This document shows, piece by piece, positions 39,989-52,019 of a stretch of DNA of 64,000 bases. The first letter of the stretch is position 1. Each line of letters begins with the position of its first letter. The stretch covers positions 29,128,388 through 29,192,387 of the forward strand of contig NC_092670.1 of assembly GCF_964355755.1 (NCBI RefSeq). The letters are read 5' to 3'. Made by a program: the position numbers and the translations under genes. This stretch comes from Antedon mediterranea. Its lineage: Eukaryota > Animalia > Echinodermata. The notes beneath the pieces were generated by a model. The model searched no databases, was not told the DNA's origin, and saw nothing but the letters and a program-made list of their open reading frames with translations.

Positions 39989-41242
39989 GAAACAACCTGA
40001 ACGACGCACTTCCGTTGTAACGATAATCGTACGCTATGGGTCTGAACACCTCGTTCTTTTCTCTGCGCTTTGTAATGTGACCTTGCTAGTAACGTTGTAC
40101 GCTAAAACGGTGTAACGCTATGGGTCTGAACATAGCCTTAAACACAACTTTTTCTCCAGGGCCATTTTACAATTAACTACTTAATCAGTGTGTGAATAAC
40201 AGAGAATAAGTTGCAGCAGAAATGGGTCTCCTCAAAAAACCACAAAAAAGTATGAGCGGCCATTAGGGACAAATGTTGCCAAACAAATGCCGGTAAAGAC
40301 ATAATCCATTCCCGTAAGCCAAACAAATGGCGTAAATCCTTGAGTGACATTTTTTAATCCTACATAGGCAGCGATAGGATGTAAACAAACCAACTCTCAT
40401 TGGCCTTCCATAACTTGAACTGCGTTGTGGGAATGGATGATGTGATTTTTAAAAAGCGATTACCAGATAACCGATTAACATCTAAGAACATTTTCAGTTG
40501 CAACGTGGTCAATTCTGTGGTTTGTGGTACTTCGGGAAAAATCGATTATTTTTATTTTTTCAGCAGAAACAGACCCTCAAAAACAATATTTCGTTACCAG
40601 GAACTCTAATTCATTTCATTTTAGTTGATTAATGGTTCTTATTTTAGTAAAGTGATGATGACCACGGAGTCACAGGGGGAAAAGTCCTCTTGTACCTGAA
40701 TGAATTGGTCACGTTTTAGAATGTTTATTGATAATACATTGGTCTTTATAAAAATTACAGTGTTGTTTTATTTCAAAAAGTAAAAATAACCATATATATG
40801 TGCTCAGAGTTTGACGGTCTATCTGGCCTTCAGCTCAAAGTTTGCTCGAAAACATTCCATTAAAAAAAAATTGATCTGTGCCATTGCACTATTTTAATAA
40901 TTGTTATTAGCTCACAGTATAAACTGGCTCCTTCTTCATCTCTGTGTATATGATTATTATGTTATAACAGGACAGATTATATACCTTCATTTAACCTCAA
41001 ACCACAGTAGGATAGGGTAAAACAAATTATAGGCATAAAGTGCGAGAATTTAATTAAAGTGGCAATTCTCATTATATTTTGTATAAACCTTACCGATACA
41101 GTGTGTTTTGTATTACAGACTCTGACAGTTGATTCAACAAATCAATGGTCCATGCAATTGATGCATTCTATGACCTACTAGGTAGATCAATCCAATTTCA
41201 ACATTCTGCATTGGTCATGTTGGAGTATAATATGCAGAAAAA

Positions 41243-41438
41243 TAATTCAAATGCATTTATCTTTGTTTTTTAAGTATTTATATTAAAAAAATATTACTTT
41301 GGATTACTTTGGTTTTCATTTTAAATATATTTATTATTTATTGTTAGTATAATAAAAAATTAATATATTAAATGAAACCAACACAATATTTTTTAATACA
41401 AATAATTAAAAAACAAAGATATGAAATGCATTTGAATT
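41243..41438. repeat. AT-rich ~195-bp palindrome (old MITE)
   Basis: aattcaaatgcattt.atctttgttttttaa / ttaaaaaacaaagatat..aaatgcatttgaatt. Confidence 0.65.
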
Positions 41439-41499
41439 ACGCTTCAATATTCTATATCACATTGTATTTTTTTCTTTATTAAAAAAATTAATATACTGT

Positions 41500-42021
41500 A
41501 TAACTTAAAAAACATTAAACCAGGTCATTCTTTATCTTTTATGTATGTTCTATTGGTTAATTAGTGATAAGAAGAGAAAAACTGTGTTGAATGTTCTCTC
41601 ACAGACAGTCTTAGCTTAGTTTTGTAGGCCTAGCTGTCGGTAAGAGCGATAACGTACGAACATTGTACACCAGCTACTGTATAGGTCAGACCAGGGAGTT
41701 ACTCCCTGGTCAGACATTGTCTATGCTGAAGTAATTGTCTATCCTTTTTTGTCAGAATCTGTTTACAAATTGGGGAAGACCCGGTATTTTCACTGAAAAG
41801 TTAACTCTCTTTATTTATTTTCCTTTCACATTGCAGATAAGCAATATGAAAATATCAATCCTTGCGCAATGTATTTTTGTCTGACGCGCTTAAAGATTTG
41901 TAACTGTTTAAATATGAAAAAATTATCACAATAGGTGCACACATAATATTTATTTTTACACAAAAATGTAGTTTGTGATCTTAAATTAGATCGTAAAAAC
42001 ATAAAAGGTAAAGTGTCTTAA
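41500..42021 (-). mobile_element. Diverged inverted copy of the 14862-15487 MITE
   Basis: Reverse-complement matches include gataacgtacgaacat, aaatatcaatcc..gcgcaatg and tagtttgtgatcttaaa. Confidence 0.65.
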
Positions 42022-42327
42022 GTGTTTGTTGGGTTCTTATATTTAACCCTTCAACTCAAAACCGCTACCTGTCCTTATTATGATTGTATAATAATCTATG
42101 CAGACTACAGAGAAACAACGGGTTATTAAAAAATGAAAAGTGAAAGGGAAACAGTAAAGGTCAGATGTAATTGACCAATAGCTGAATCTTAATTCCTGCT
42201 TTTTTTAAAAACCCAATTTTTAGTTAAGGCCCATTTACACTTAAGGACGATAAGGATTGATGATAAATAGATAAATATGGATCTTTTCTAAAAATCTAAA
42301 ACTTGTTCACCATATGACTATACTGTA

Positions 42328-42482
42328 GGATAACCATCTGCTGCCTTTGATGAAAATAATATTTTTAAACGTCCAATCAGATGACGTATTGATCAGTACA
42401 AGAGCAATAATATTGTATCATGACGTCATTTGATTGGATTAAAACAAATATTTTTATCAAAGACAGCATGAATGGCTATCTA
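42328..42482. repeat. Imperfect inverted repeat (old MITE core)
   Basis: gataaccat..tgctgcctttgat.aaaata..ccaatcagatgacgt / acgtcatttgattgg..tatttttatcaaagacagcat..atggctatc. Confidence 0.55.
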
Positions 42483-42879
42483 CATGTATATCTATTTAGA
42501 TTGAAAACTTTTCGAATTTCTTTTGTTTTATGTAAGAAAAATGTATGTTTATCCATTTATCGTCGATCATTACTGTATCATCCTATGTTTCATACAACAT
42601 TTTTAATATTTTCAAATGTTAATTGATGTTGTCTATAGTGACATCAAACATGTTAATTTGCATGTAATCTGAGAATCTCCCAAATTCATAAATCATATAG
42701 GGTTGGTTGTAGCGTTAAAACGTATCATTGCCTCTCATTTGTTTCACAGAAACGTATATGTGCCTTTAATAGGGGTGTCCCCATGGAAAGGTTATACTGT
42801 ACCACCCTAGTATGTTGACTTCCAGTTAAAAGCATGTCAACAAAATGTAAACAATCAACAATAACATATTCCCACTTAC

Positions 42880-43032
42880 AATTTTCCTGTTCAGAATATC
42901 TAACTCCTTTTCGGTGATTTTCCGCTTATCTTTCTTTTCTTGTTTTTCACTCCTTAGTTGTTGATATCTATATACTAAATAGATACCTGGTATGGCTAGT
43001 CCTAAAACTGGCTTCAAAACTGAAGAATTCAT
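42880..43032 (-). CDS. Small membrane-anchored RING-finger protein, exon 1 (hydrophobic anchor plus charged helix)
   Basis: MNSSVLKPVLGLAIPGIYLVYRYQQLRSEKQEKKDKRKITEKELDILNRKI followed by |gtaagt (phase 0). An acceptor-like ttttag lies one base before the ATG. Confidence 0.75.
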
Positions 43033-43249
43033 CCTAAAATAAAGCCAGTTTTACCCTATAGCATTTGGAAGACTTTAAAATGTCAGCCCGATCGTCACTT
43101 CCAAATAGTGGTTGTTGTTTCCTGGTGTGTACTCAACTGTATAGAGTACTTACGTCCCATCCTAAAATCACTGATGCAAACATTTTATTACAGAGGGCGA
43201 CAGATACAATTTGGTTTGTCAAAAAAAGAATGTATTGCAAATAAAGGCA

Positions 43250-43915
43250 TATAATAACACCTAAATAAATTCCTGTCATTTGACGATTGTGGGTCACATG
43301 GTGTTATAATAGTATACAAATAATGAATGTTTATGAGTGTAATGGTACAAATAATGGCATGAGGTGAATGATGAAAGGTTATATATCAACGAGGCAACGC
43401 CGAGTTGATATTTAACCTTTTATCATTCACCAAATGATTTTATAAACACACCTACTTTAGTGTTAATTATGCCAACAACCAAACAATCCCAGGCCTACCA
43501 AGGCTACAATGCCTAGGCTAGGCCAAGCCTAATACTAACAGGCTAGACCTAGTAGTACTAGCTTGGCTGAAAGGCAAAACTTTGACATTGGAACTTATCT
43601 AGACTTGTAGGGATATATTATTTAATCAAAATCCTAAAAACGATCTAACGCTAATTTAAATGACTTTTTGAATGAAATTAGTACTCATATATATCTCCAA
43701 ATTGTACACAAAAATCTGCTGCTGTTGCATATCTCGCCTCGCGGTGGTGTTTACAAACAGAGACAGGACAACAGGTGGCGCTGTTGTATTTCACAGCAAT
43801 TTGTACACCATATTTTTTTTAATCCGCGAAACATTTTTTTTTCGTACTATTGCACGCCATGTGACCCACAATCGTCTAATCAAATGACAGGAATTTATTT
43901 AGGTGATATATAATA
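43250..43915. mobile_element. Long-inverted-repeat element containing an internal hairpin module
   Basis: cacctaaataaattcctgtcatttga..cgattgtgggtcacatgg / ccatgtgacccacaatcg..tcaaatgacaggaatttatttaggtg. The internal module is shared with 9290-10300 and 30232-30760. Confidence 0.75.
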
Positions 43916-46110
43916 CGCACTATTAAATGATCGTTTAATAGAAATTTTTTTCGTGTACAAAAAAAAAAATCTATTCGCGTTTGGAAAATATTTTTTTTTT
44001 GTAAAACATAATTAGCCAAGATGAGTTGCAGTTGCCTGTCAAAATTTGGTATTGCTGTCTTTCAGCCTAGGCCTAGTGTAGGCTTAGGCCTGTTAGTAAA
44101 CATAAACATTCATTATTTGTATAATATGTTAAAAATGTTTGTATATTTTAAGTTCTTACTCCTATCTATATAACACCAAGCATCAACAAAAATAATGAGT
44201 CAGGCCAAATAACAATGTTTTAAAAAACCAAAAATAATGGTTTTGTTGATTGTTACATTTTGTTGCTTTTAAAAGAGAAAGAAAATCTTTTAAAGATTAT
44301 TCTATTCAATGACATGAACCTGATCCTGTTGAATATAACAGTCTTGAAAGTATTCTCCTCATTTAATGTATACAAATCATTATTTGTTTTACAACACAAA
44401 TACGGGAAGTTTTCCAAGGTAAACCTTTATTCAATTATATCCACCGCCTTATGAATTGAATGTTAATGCCGTGTTATGTAAAAATGCGACGTTCAAATTT
44501 TAGCTACGGAACAGATAGACTTGTGGACTTTTGGTTGTGTAATCTAAAAAAAAGTGTAATATTACAATTAACAGTTGAAATGGGAGAAAATAATGCACAG
44601 CACAACCAACCAATTATAGCACGGATACATTTAAATGTGTTAAAATATTAGATATCCATCTGTAATCATTGACAATTTTTTTTTATGTGATGAAAAAGAA
44701 GTAGAAAACATGTTATAGAATAACTTTTTTGAGATAATCCTAAACTTTACCTTCTTCCTTTTAAGAAAATTATATGGTGTCTCGTAAACCTTACTTTACT
44801 AGTATTTTCTGGCCATGTAATCTTTTAAACAATGTAACATTATCATTATGTTGGTTTACTACCACCTGATTTCTGTATCTAGATTTCTTCAGTACATATC
44901 ATATGAATACTCTGTAATACACAAGTACATGTTGTATTTTTGTATGTGGAGATACAGCACTGAAAATTGGGTATTTACTAAACATCATGGATAGCAAACA
45001 CCAACCATTCAAGTATTCTTGATTACTAATATTTATTCATAAAATCCAACCATAAACATAACATATGCGACAGCATATCACATGAAATTGAGAAATATTT
45101 TGTTTTAATATTTCCTCTTTAAAGAAAATAATGTACTATTCTTTCTATACAACTTAAAATAAATCCCATTCTACTGGAAGATATTGAAAGCATTTTTTAA
45201 TGTTCAACAAAAATTTAAAAACGGGAATTTGAAGTTGTATACATTCTGAAAGATAATAAATAAGGTATTTGTGTATCCATTACAAATTAAAGTCAACCCC
45301 TTCAATAATTAGACACCTCTGTACTGCCCTTCAAATGTCTGGTTTCCAGAATGCATTTTTATGTTAAGCTAAGAAATCGGAAACCTTGGAGAATGACTGG
45401 TTTTGATTCCAATTTACTTACTTACTTACTCAAAATGTTGAATGCCAAGACATTGTGCAGATGAGCGGTAACGGTAAGTGGTAATGCAAAGCAAAAACCA
45501 CTTGGCTTTTCGCATTTACATAGCGTGCAAAATTTGAGAGGTGTGGTGGAAAGTTGGAAAGGTGTTTTGACAAAATATAATCTGCTTCTATCGTGAGCGG
45601 GTTTGCTCCACGTTCTTTGTAAATGGTCATAAGAAATAGGTTGTATATGTTTGTTTTTCACTTTACTGTCACTGCTTGGCCTTAAGAAAATGCTAGAATA
45701 AAGTTTTTTTTAGCATTCTGAGACAATACGTTTGTTTCAATTGTATATTTAAAAGAAAATGTTTAAATTATATAATGCATGTTTTAAACATCACATTCTT
45801 TTATTCACTTCTATTCTCTAAAACATTATTAACTTTTTATGTGTACATCTTTGTTCAATGTTTTTATTCAAAAATACATTTTTTTGCTTAAAAAACTGAA
45901 TGAATACAATTCTAAACATCTGGCCTGATTTCACTGTGATATTAAAGAAAATAGTACAACAATCTTTCTCACAGTATACATAATAGTGGAATAATTGACA
46001 TCCAACTTGCTTGTCAATTAAAAAATGAAATTTGGTGGCAAATATATATATCTAAAAAGAAAAAGAAATTAATGTCATCTGCGTAGTGTTTGATTGTTTG
46101 AACGCACTCT

Positions 46111-46241
46111 CTAGAATACGACCTGTGGTCTGTAATGCTTTTGTTTCAGTTTGTTATTTTTCATTCCCATTGTGAGATGAGGTTTAGACTTAAATTTCTG
46201 CATAAATCGTAGATCTGCTAGTCGCGCCTCACCGACTTTAC
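46111..46241 (-). CDS. ZNF622: ZNF622 terminal coding exon 6 (not in ORF track)
   Basis: Acceptor ttctctttgtacag|. Translates GKVGEARLADLRFMQKFKSKPHLTMGMKNNKLKQKHYRPQVVF*, matching the known ZNF622 C-terminus pattern (MQ..KSK..L..GMKNN...Q.H.R.QV.F). Total CDS is 1230 nt and in frame. Confidence 0.9.
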
Positions 46242-46303
46242 CTGTACAAAGAGAAATGACAAGATTAAAATAAAATACTGTTAGTTACTTTAGTACAGCA
46301 TTA

Positions 46304-46809
46304 GGGCGGTTTCGCAACCTTACGAATACGATAACGAAAACGGATACGTCATACATTTGTGAAACTTTTGAGCTGATCCCCATTTCATATTCGTAAAGCG
46401 TATTCGTGTTGACGAATATCACCAGTCATATTCGTAACTACAAAACGAGTATAGTTTTTGATCTATTTTGCACATTTTGCATTTGAATTAGGAATGATTC
46501 ATGATTATAATATAATTATATATTTATTGAAAGTAATTTACTAAAGTAATTTACTAAAATTCCAGGTCAATTTAGATAAATAGCAGTTTTTAAAGTCCTC
46601 ACTCGCTTTGATGTTACGCTAGGCCTAGGCAGCCAAGCACCAAGCTACACGTACCTGCGCTTCGCTCAAATTTACCGCAGTCATATTTTGGACGCGCCTC
46701 AATATTTCGTTGCCATGCGAAACAGATATTTTTATGGCTTACGAAAACGAATACGTGAGCGTGACGTATCCGTTTTCGTTATCGTATTCGTAAGATTGCG
46801 AAACCTCTC
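46304..46809. mobile_element. Harbinger-like MITE in the last ZNF622 intron
   Basis: About 45-bp TIRs ggtttcgcaaccttacgaatacgataacgaaaacggatacgtca and its inverse, with tta/taa flanks. Confidence 0.85.
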
Positions 46810-47375
46810 TAATATATTTAATTTTACATAACAATTGGTTGGTATAAGTGTTTAGTAGAAAGTTTATGAGTGCATATTAGCCAATCACATTTAAGTGAGA
46901 TATTTCCCTTAAAATAAATAGTAAGGATTTAGAATTTCTCTTAAGTGGAGTGAAAGGAGATAATTTTAAATTATTAGTGTTTCATTTGGCCAAAACTTGA
47001 ATGAATACAACAATTTTATTAATACTTTTCTGTATTTAATTATATGCTAATAATAATAAAAAAAAAATAATAATGGAAAAATAGTTTTTCAATCAATGTA
47101 TCCAAATTACTGTACAACATAAATTGTAGTGTAGTGTAGTAAAAAACACAACATTTTCCTTAAAATTTGACTGCTCATCTGTAATTCCAGTGTGAACCAT
47201 TCGTAAGGAAAACTTTTGGTGATACAGTAAACTACGCATGTTGACCTTGTGTAACTTTTTATGCAAATTCCATTAGATTCAACAGCAGGTCGACTGTATC
47301 ACTAAGTTCATATATTATAGCTTACAGTAGCTTAATTTAGAATTTAAGCCCATCAAACAGGTAATAAAGTCTTAC

Positions 47376-47516
47376 CTCCACTACCATACCAGCCCAGTGC
47401 TTTATAGTGAGTGTTTAGTCTGTTTATGGTGGCGTTGTTCCTTACTGCTACCTCTCTAGTTGGTGGAACATTCTGTTTATAATATCGGAATAGCTCTCGA
47501 TGACCAATCTTTGCAC
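47376..47516 (-). CDS. ZNF622: ZNF622 coding exon 5
   Basis: GAKIGHRELFRYYKQN...HYKALGW, bounded by atag| and |gtaag. Confidence 0.92.
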
Positions 47517-48524
47517 CTATGAAAGCATTTGATTGAAAATTACTGTAATCATACAATGATATTGATATACCTTAAAAGTAATAGTGCTGCAATTGACTCT
47601 CCCAAAACCAAAAAGGTTCAATCTTTAAAAACACATTTGGAATATAATAGTTTCTATTGGGATGAATATTATACTGATTTAATTATAGCCTAATCTTAAA
47701 CCTATATCCCACATAGCCATTGATAAGAGAAAATTACTACACAAGCAGCTATAGCTAGCTCATCACACTACCAACATTAAATTGAGGCATGTGCCCTCTA
47801 TAAAAAGATCATAATATTCTAAAGCTATTAACCAATCAGGTGGCATGAATTTAAATATGTACTATGATAAAAAAAATTGTTGAATAAATTATAAGAAATG
47901 TGTACATTTTTACTTGTCGACATTACACCTGGCTAGTACTGTACATCAAGTCCAGTCAAATCAAATAATTAGTCACATCAAATCCAAAGCCATTTTAATG
48001 TTTTAGTTACAGTATTATCTGGTGCACTTTTATAGTTTTATACAGACAATATTGAAAACACCTGCATTAAAAAAAGATGTAATAAATGCAATAAAGCTAT
48101 TGAGTGCTCTCCTCTTATTTTTTTTTAATGAAGGTATGCTGAAGGCCTATGTGTGCTGTAAATATAAATCTAGGATATCTTTTCTGTCCTCCTTTCCATT
48201 TGACACTGAATTGATTAAACTAATTAATAGTGCCCTAGAGTTACTAATTAAAGGATATGTAAATGTTCTTGTGTTCGAATGAAACTGTAAAATTGAACCT
48301 ATTTAAAGAAGTTCTACTTTTGGCACCTCATTCAAACAGCTGAATAATGGTACAGTCCTAATAGAATGTGACATAAAAAATGTGGTAAGTAAATAATTCT
48401 AAAGAACTACTGGTACAAAGTTGAAATCAGGTTTCAAGGGAGCCACAGTTTAACCTAAGCTGAAATTAATTAGATAGCAAGAGAACAATATTTTAACTGT
48501 TTTGTTTCATGTATAGATTAGAGA

Positions 48525-48770
48525 GATCATCGGTTCGAATCCAATGCTCGTCGCATTGCCTGTGTTTTTAGGCAAGATACTTTACTTACACCCAGGTGTG
48601 TACAAATGGGTACCTGGTAAGGTCAAGACACAACTTTGTGCTGATTACTAGCTGAATTATGGGAGCATGTTTCCACATGTTTGATCCAAAAAATGAATTT
48701 AGTTGATAATACAAGGCTTAGAGGTTTCACAACAATAGGCCCTTTGAAAATCTAGGATATTATTATTATT
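48525..48770 (+). mobile_element. tRNA-derived SINE remnant (CORE-like)
   Basis: B-box-like ggttcgaatcc followed by ggcaagatacttt...cccaggtgt...aatgggtacc, ending in a (tta)n tail. Confidence 0.55.
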
Positions 48771-49017
48771 TATCGGTTATCTCCAATGTTCTTCTGGGTA
48801 GTTGGTCATGTCTCAACTGCTTCCCGCATCTTACAGACATAACACCTTCCTTAATATGTTTGCTGTTCCCAGGATGGCCGACATCTGAGCGCTCCCTATG
48901 ATGTCCGGTACATTTAACTTTTCATGAAATTTTGTTTCATTTTTTTAAATTGTTCCAAGAGCGCCAATTACGATTGGAACCACTATAACTGTTGCTGCTC
49001 TGTGTTTGTTTGTTTTA

Positions 49018-49250
49018 TCTTTATACTGGGTGACCTCTTCAGTCAAAGACTGATCTCCCAGAGGGCCCAGTTGGTGATCAGTGGCTGTGATGTACTAGTA
49101 CACCGGGGTAACCCCCTACTCGTCTCGAAAGATGTACTAGGTTCTTTAAAGTGCACACGAGCAAGTTGTGTACACTGGACCTACGGTTTATAGTCCTTAT
49201 CCGAGAAGACTCGTTCTACCACCAGAACCATGGAGTGAGTGAGCCCCGAA
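49018..49250 (-). mobile_element. Second copy of the Deu-core SINE
   Basis: Near-identical to 50760-50982. Confidence 0.8.
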
Positions 49251-49254
49251 CCCC

Positions 49255-51427
49255 TGCCGATGTAAAGATGAATGCCATTGCAATGATATTAGTGATTTAT
49301 ATGACAATATTATTGAGTGTCTGAAAGTCAGTTCTGAGTTGTGTTTTAAGTTTTAAAAATCAAAAAGTCAGTGTTGTCCCTGGGTGGAATAACCAAGTAG
49401 CTGATTTCATAAACATGCCCGGGAAGCATTTTTGAAGTGGCGTGGGTTGGGTACACCCAGATATGGCCACATCTATGAACACATTAAAATCACTAGATCG
49501 AATTTAAAAAATGCCCTCAGAAAGTGTAAATCCAACGAAGAAATGCTAAGAGCGGACTCAATGGCTTTTGACGATGAGGACTATAATAGTTTCTGGGGTA
49601 AGGTTAAGAAATCCAGTTACGCCAATACCCAGTCTAACATTATTGGTAGTGCTAAAGGGGAAAATGAAATTTGTGACCTACTGTATGGCGTCAACATTTC
49701 TCCGATTTATTTAATAGTATTGACTCATCTGAGCATAAGACTTTTGTTAATGAAACTCTTGAGAACTGTACAGGCAGTGAAATTGAAGTTTCACCCCATA
49801 ATATTAAGCTATTAATTGACAAATTGCCCAATGCTAAAGCAGCGGGATATGATGGTCTATGTAATGAGCATTTAAACTTGCTTCTGAGCGACTTAGTATT
49901 ATTTTAAGTGTATATTAAGGCAATGTTTGTTCACGGGTTTGTTCCAAGTAATCTCACAAAAGTCACGCTTGTGCCGGTAATTAAATCTAAATCAGGGAAT
50001 ATCACTAATAAATGGAATTATCGGCCAATTCTGGTGTATATTTGCTCTTAAACAGATTATCGAGCATTACAACAATCATGGTAGCCCAGTTTATTGCTGC
50101 TTTTTGGACGCTAGCAAAGCCTTTGATAAATAAAGTGAACCACTGGACACTTTTCAAGACCTAAATTGATAGGGGTACCCCTTCACCTGTAGTTAAGATA
50201 CTGAGATCATGGTATAGGAATCAGGAATTTGTTGTTAGGTGGGGTGGTTCCGTTTCCGATTCTTTCACAGTTCGTAATGGGGTTCGCCAGGAAGGCGTTA
50301 TGTTCCCTTTAATTTACAATGTGTACACTGATCCGTTAACTGTTGAACTGACTCAAGTCAAAAGAAGGTTGTGAAATTAACAGTCTTAAACTGAATTGCC
50401 TAAGCTTTGCCGATGACTTGGTTCTTTTAGCTCAGTCGGTGGCAAGCTTACAAAGCCTAATTGAACTCTGTGAAGGTTTTGCTAGTGACCATGATATTAC
50501 TTTTAATGAAACCAAATCCAAATTCTTGCTATTTTGCCCGAAAGTCCGCAACCTCAAAGGTGTTCCACATATTACCTTAAATGGGGCACCTCTAAACGTT
50601 GATAATTCAATAACCTATCTTGGACATGTGATCAGTAATAATCAAATGTCAATATCGATCTATTTGCATTAGGGCCAACTCCCTAAATAGAAAGTTTGGA
50701 AAATGTTCTACTACGACTAAATGTTATCTATTTAAGAGTTGATTGATTGAAATATATATTTATACTGGGTAACCTCTTCAGTCAAAGACTGGTCTCCCTA
50801 TGGGCCCAGTTATGATCAGTGGCTGTGATGTACTAATACACCGGGGTAACCCCCTACTCGTCTCGAAAGATGTACTAGGTTCTTTAAAGTGCACACGAGC
50901 TAGATGTGTACACTGGACCTACGGTTTATAGTCCTTATCCGAGAAGACTCGTTCTACCACCAGAACCATGGAGTGAGTGAGCCTTGAAGTTCCACTGTCT
51001 TAACCGCTCGGCCACTCACTCACTCACACAGTTACTATGTCAGCATGTACTGTTCAACCTTATGGTGTAGATATAATAAGAGCACTCTGATATCACTGAA
51101 AGTATGTTATAACAATGCCTTATGTTTGCTACTTAAGCAGTCTAGAAATTGTAGTGCAAGCATGATGTTTGTCTTAAATGACGTCCCATCCTTTGATGAG
51201 TTTAGTTTTAAAAATCGTGTGAACGCAAGTAGTAATTCTTTGATCATGGCCATTAATCGCCACGTTCTTAATGTGTCAAGAATGCACATACAATGGAATG
51301 CCTTGTTGCATTGACTTTATATATTTGTTCTATGAGCTCTTAGATTAAGATTTTTTTTTTCTCTCTTTTGCTATGGATATATTATGTCACCATGATATTC
51401 TGAAATAAAAAGATGAGTGAATGAATA
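49255..51427 (+). mobile_element. Decayed non-LTR retrotransposon (RTEX/L2-like ORF2)
   Basis: VPGWN, NYRPI, FLDASKAFDK, GVRQEGVMFP, SFADDLVLL, YLGH and YCSTLW...YNN motifs across frameshifts. Ends with aataaa and gagtgaatgaat. Confidence 0.85.
50755..51025 (-). mobile_element. tRNA-headed SINE with Deu/Nin-type core
   Basis: Minus strand reads tggccgagcggttaagac (A-box-like) ... ctcggataaggactataaaccgtaggtcc...gcactttaaagaacc...gagtagggggttaccccggtgt, which resembles the Deu-domain core. Confidence 0.75.
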
Positions 51428-52019
51428 TGTGGGCCTACATTTCTTTACAATAGTAATATCAGGTCGAATTGTGTTTTAATTTTTTATCCATGTAAACTGT
51501 CATGTCCTAAGTAATTTGAATGTTTTTATTCTCTGCGACTGCTAATGGCTGATGGTCATACCATTTGTCAGTACATTCGATTCCGTGTCCGCAATGCCAC
51601 CTTGTCATGACGCTTTCTATACTCTCTCTGGGCGAGCATCTTGCATCCACTGATAATGTCTTACAGTTTCAGTAGAGTCTCCACACAATCTACATAACGG
51701 TGTTTCTTATGTCTTATCTATACTGTATATTATCGCATTCGTTCTTAAAGCTTGTTCTTGAACAGCTATCATCAAACCTTCTTTCTCCTTCTTCAAAAAA
51801 CCATTCCGAAGCCACCTCCAAGAATCTTCACCTGATACATCTGCTGTTTGTCGCACAAACTCTCCATGTAGGGCTTTCTTTTTCAAGCCCTTAGTTTTCT
51901 CATCTTTCCACCTCTTCTGATAATCTATAAGATTCTCTTTTTCATCGAACACCTTCTCCTTTAAAGCACATTGCAGCATCCACTTTGTAGTATTTTGTAG
52001 GTAGCCATGCAATGACTTA

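Larger units (their letters stand above)
34555..40137. mobile_element. Harbinger-like MITE split by the intact Gypsy insertion
   Basis: tta|ggccctgttcagacccatggc..accgttttagcgtac ... gtacgctaaaacggt..gctatgggtctgaacatagcc|tta. Confidence 0.85.

Noticed and set aside
47090-47305. Alternative terminal exon for ZNF622 after an acceptor-like gatacag
   Set aside because: The translation does not resemble the ZNF622 C-terminus, whereas 46111-46241 does.
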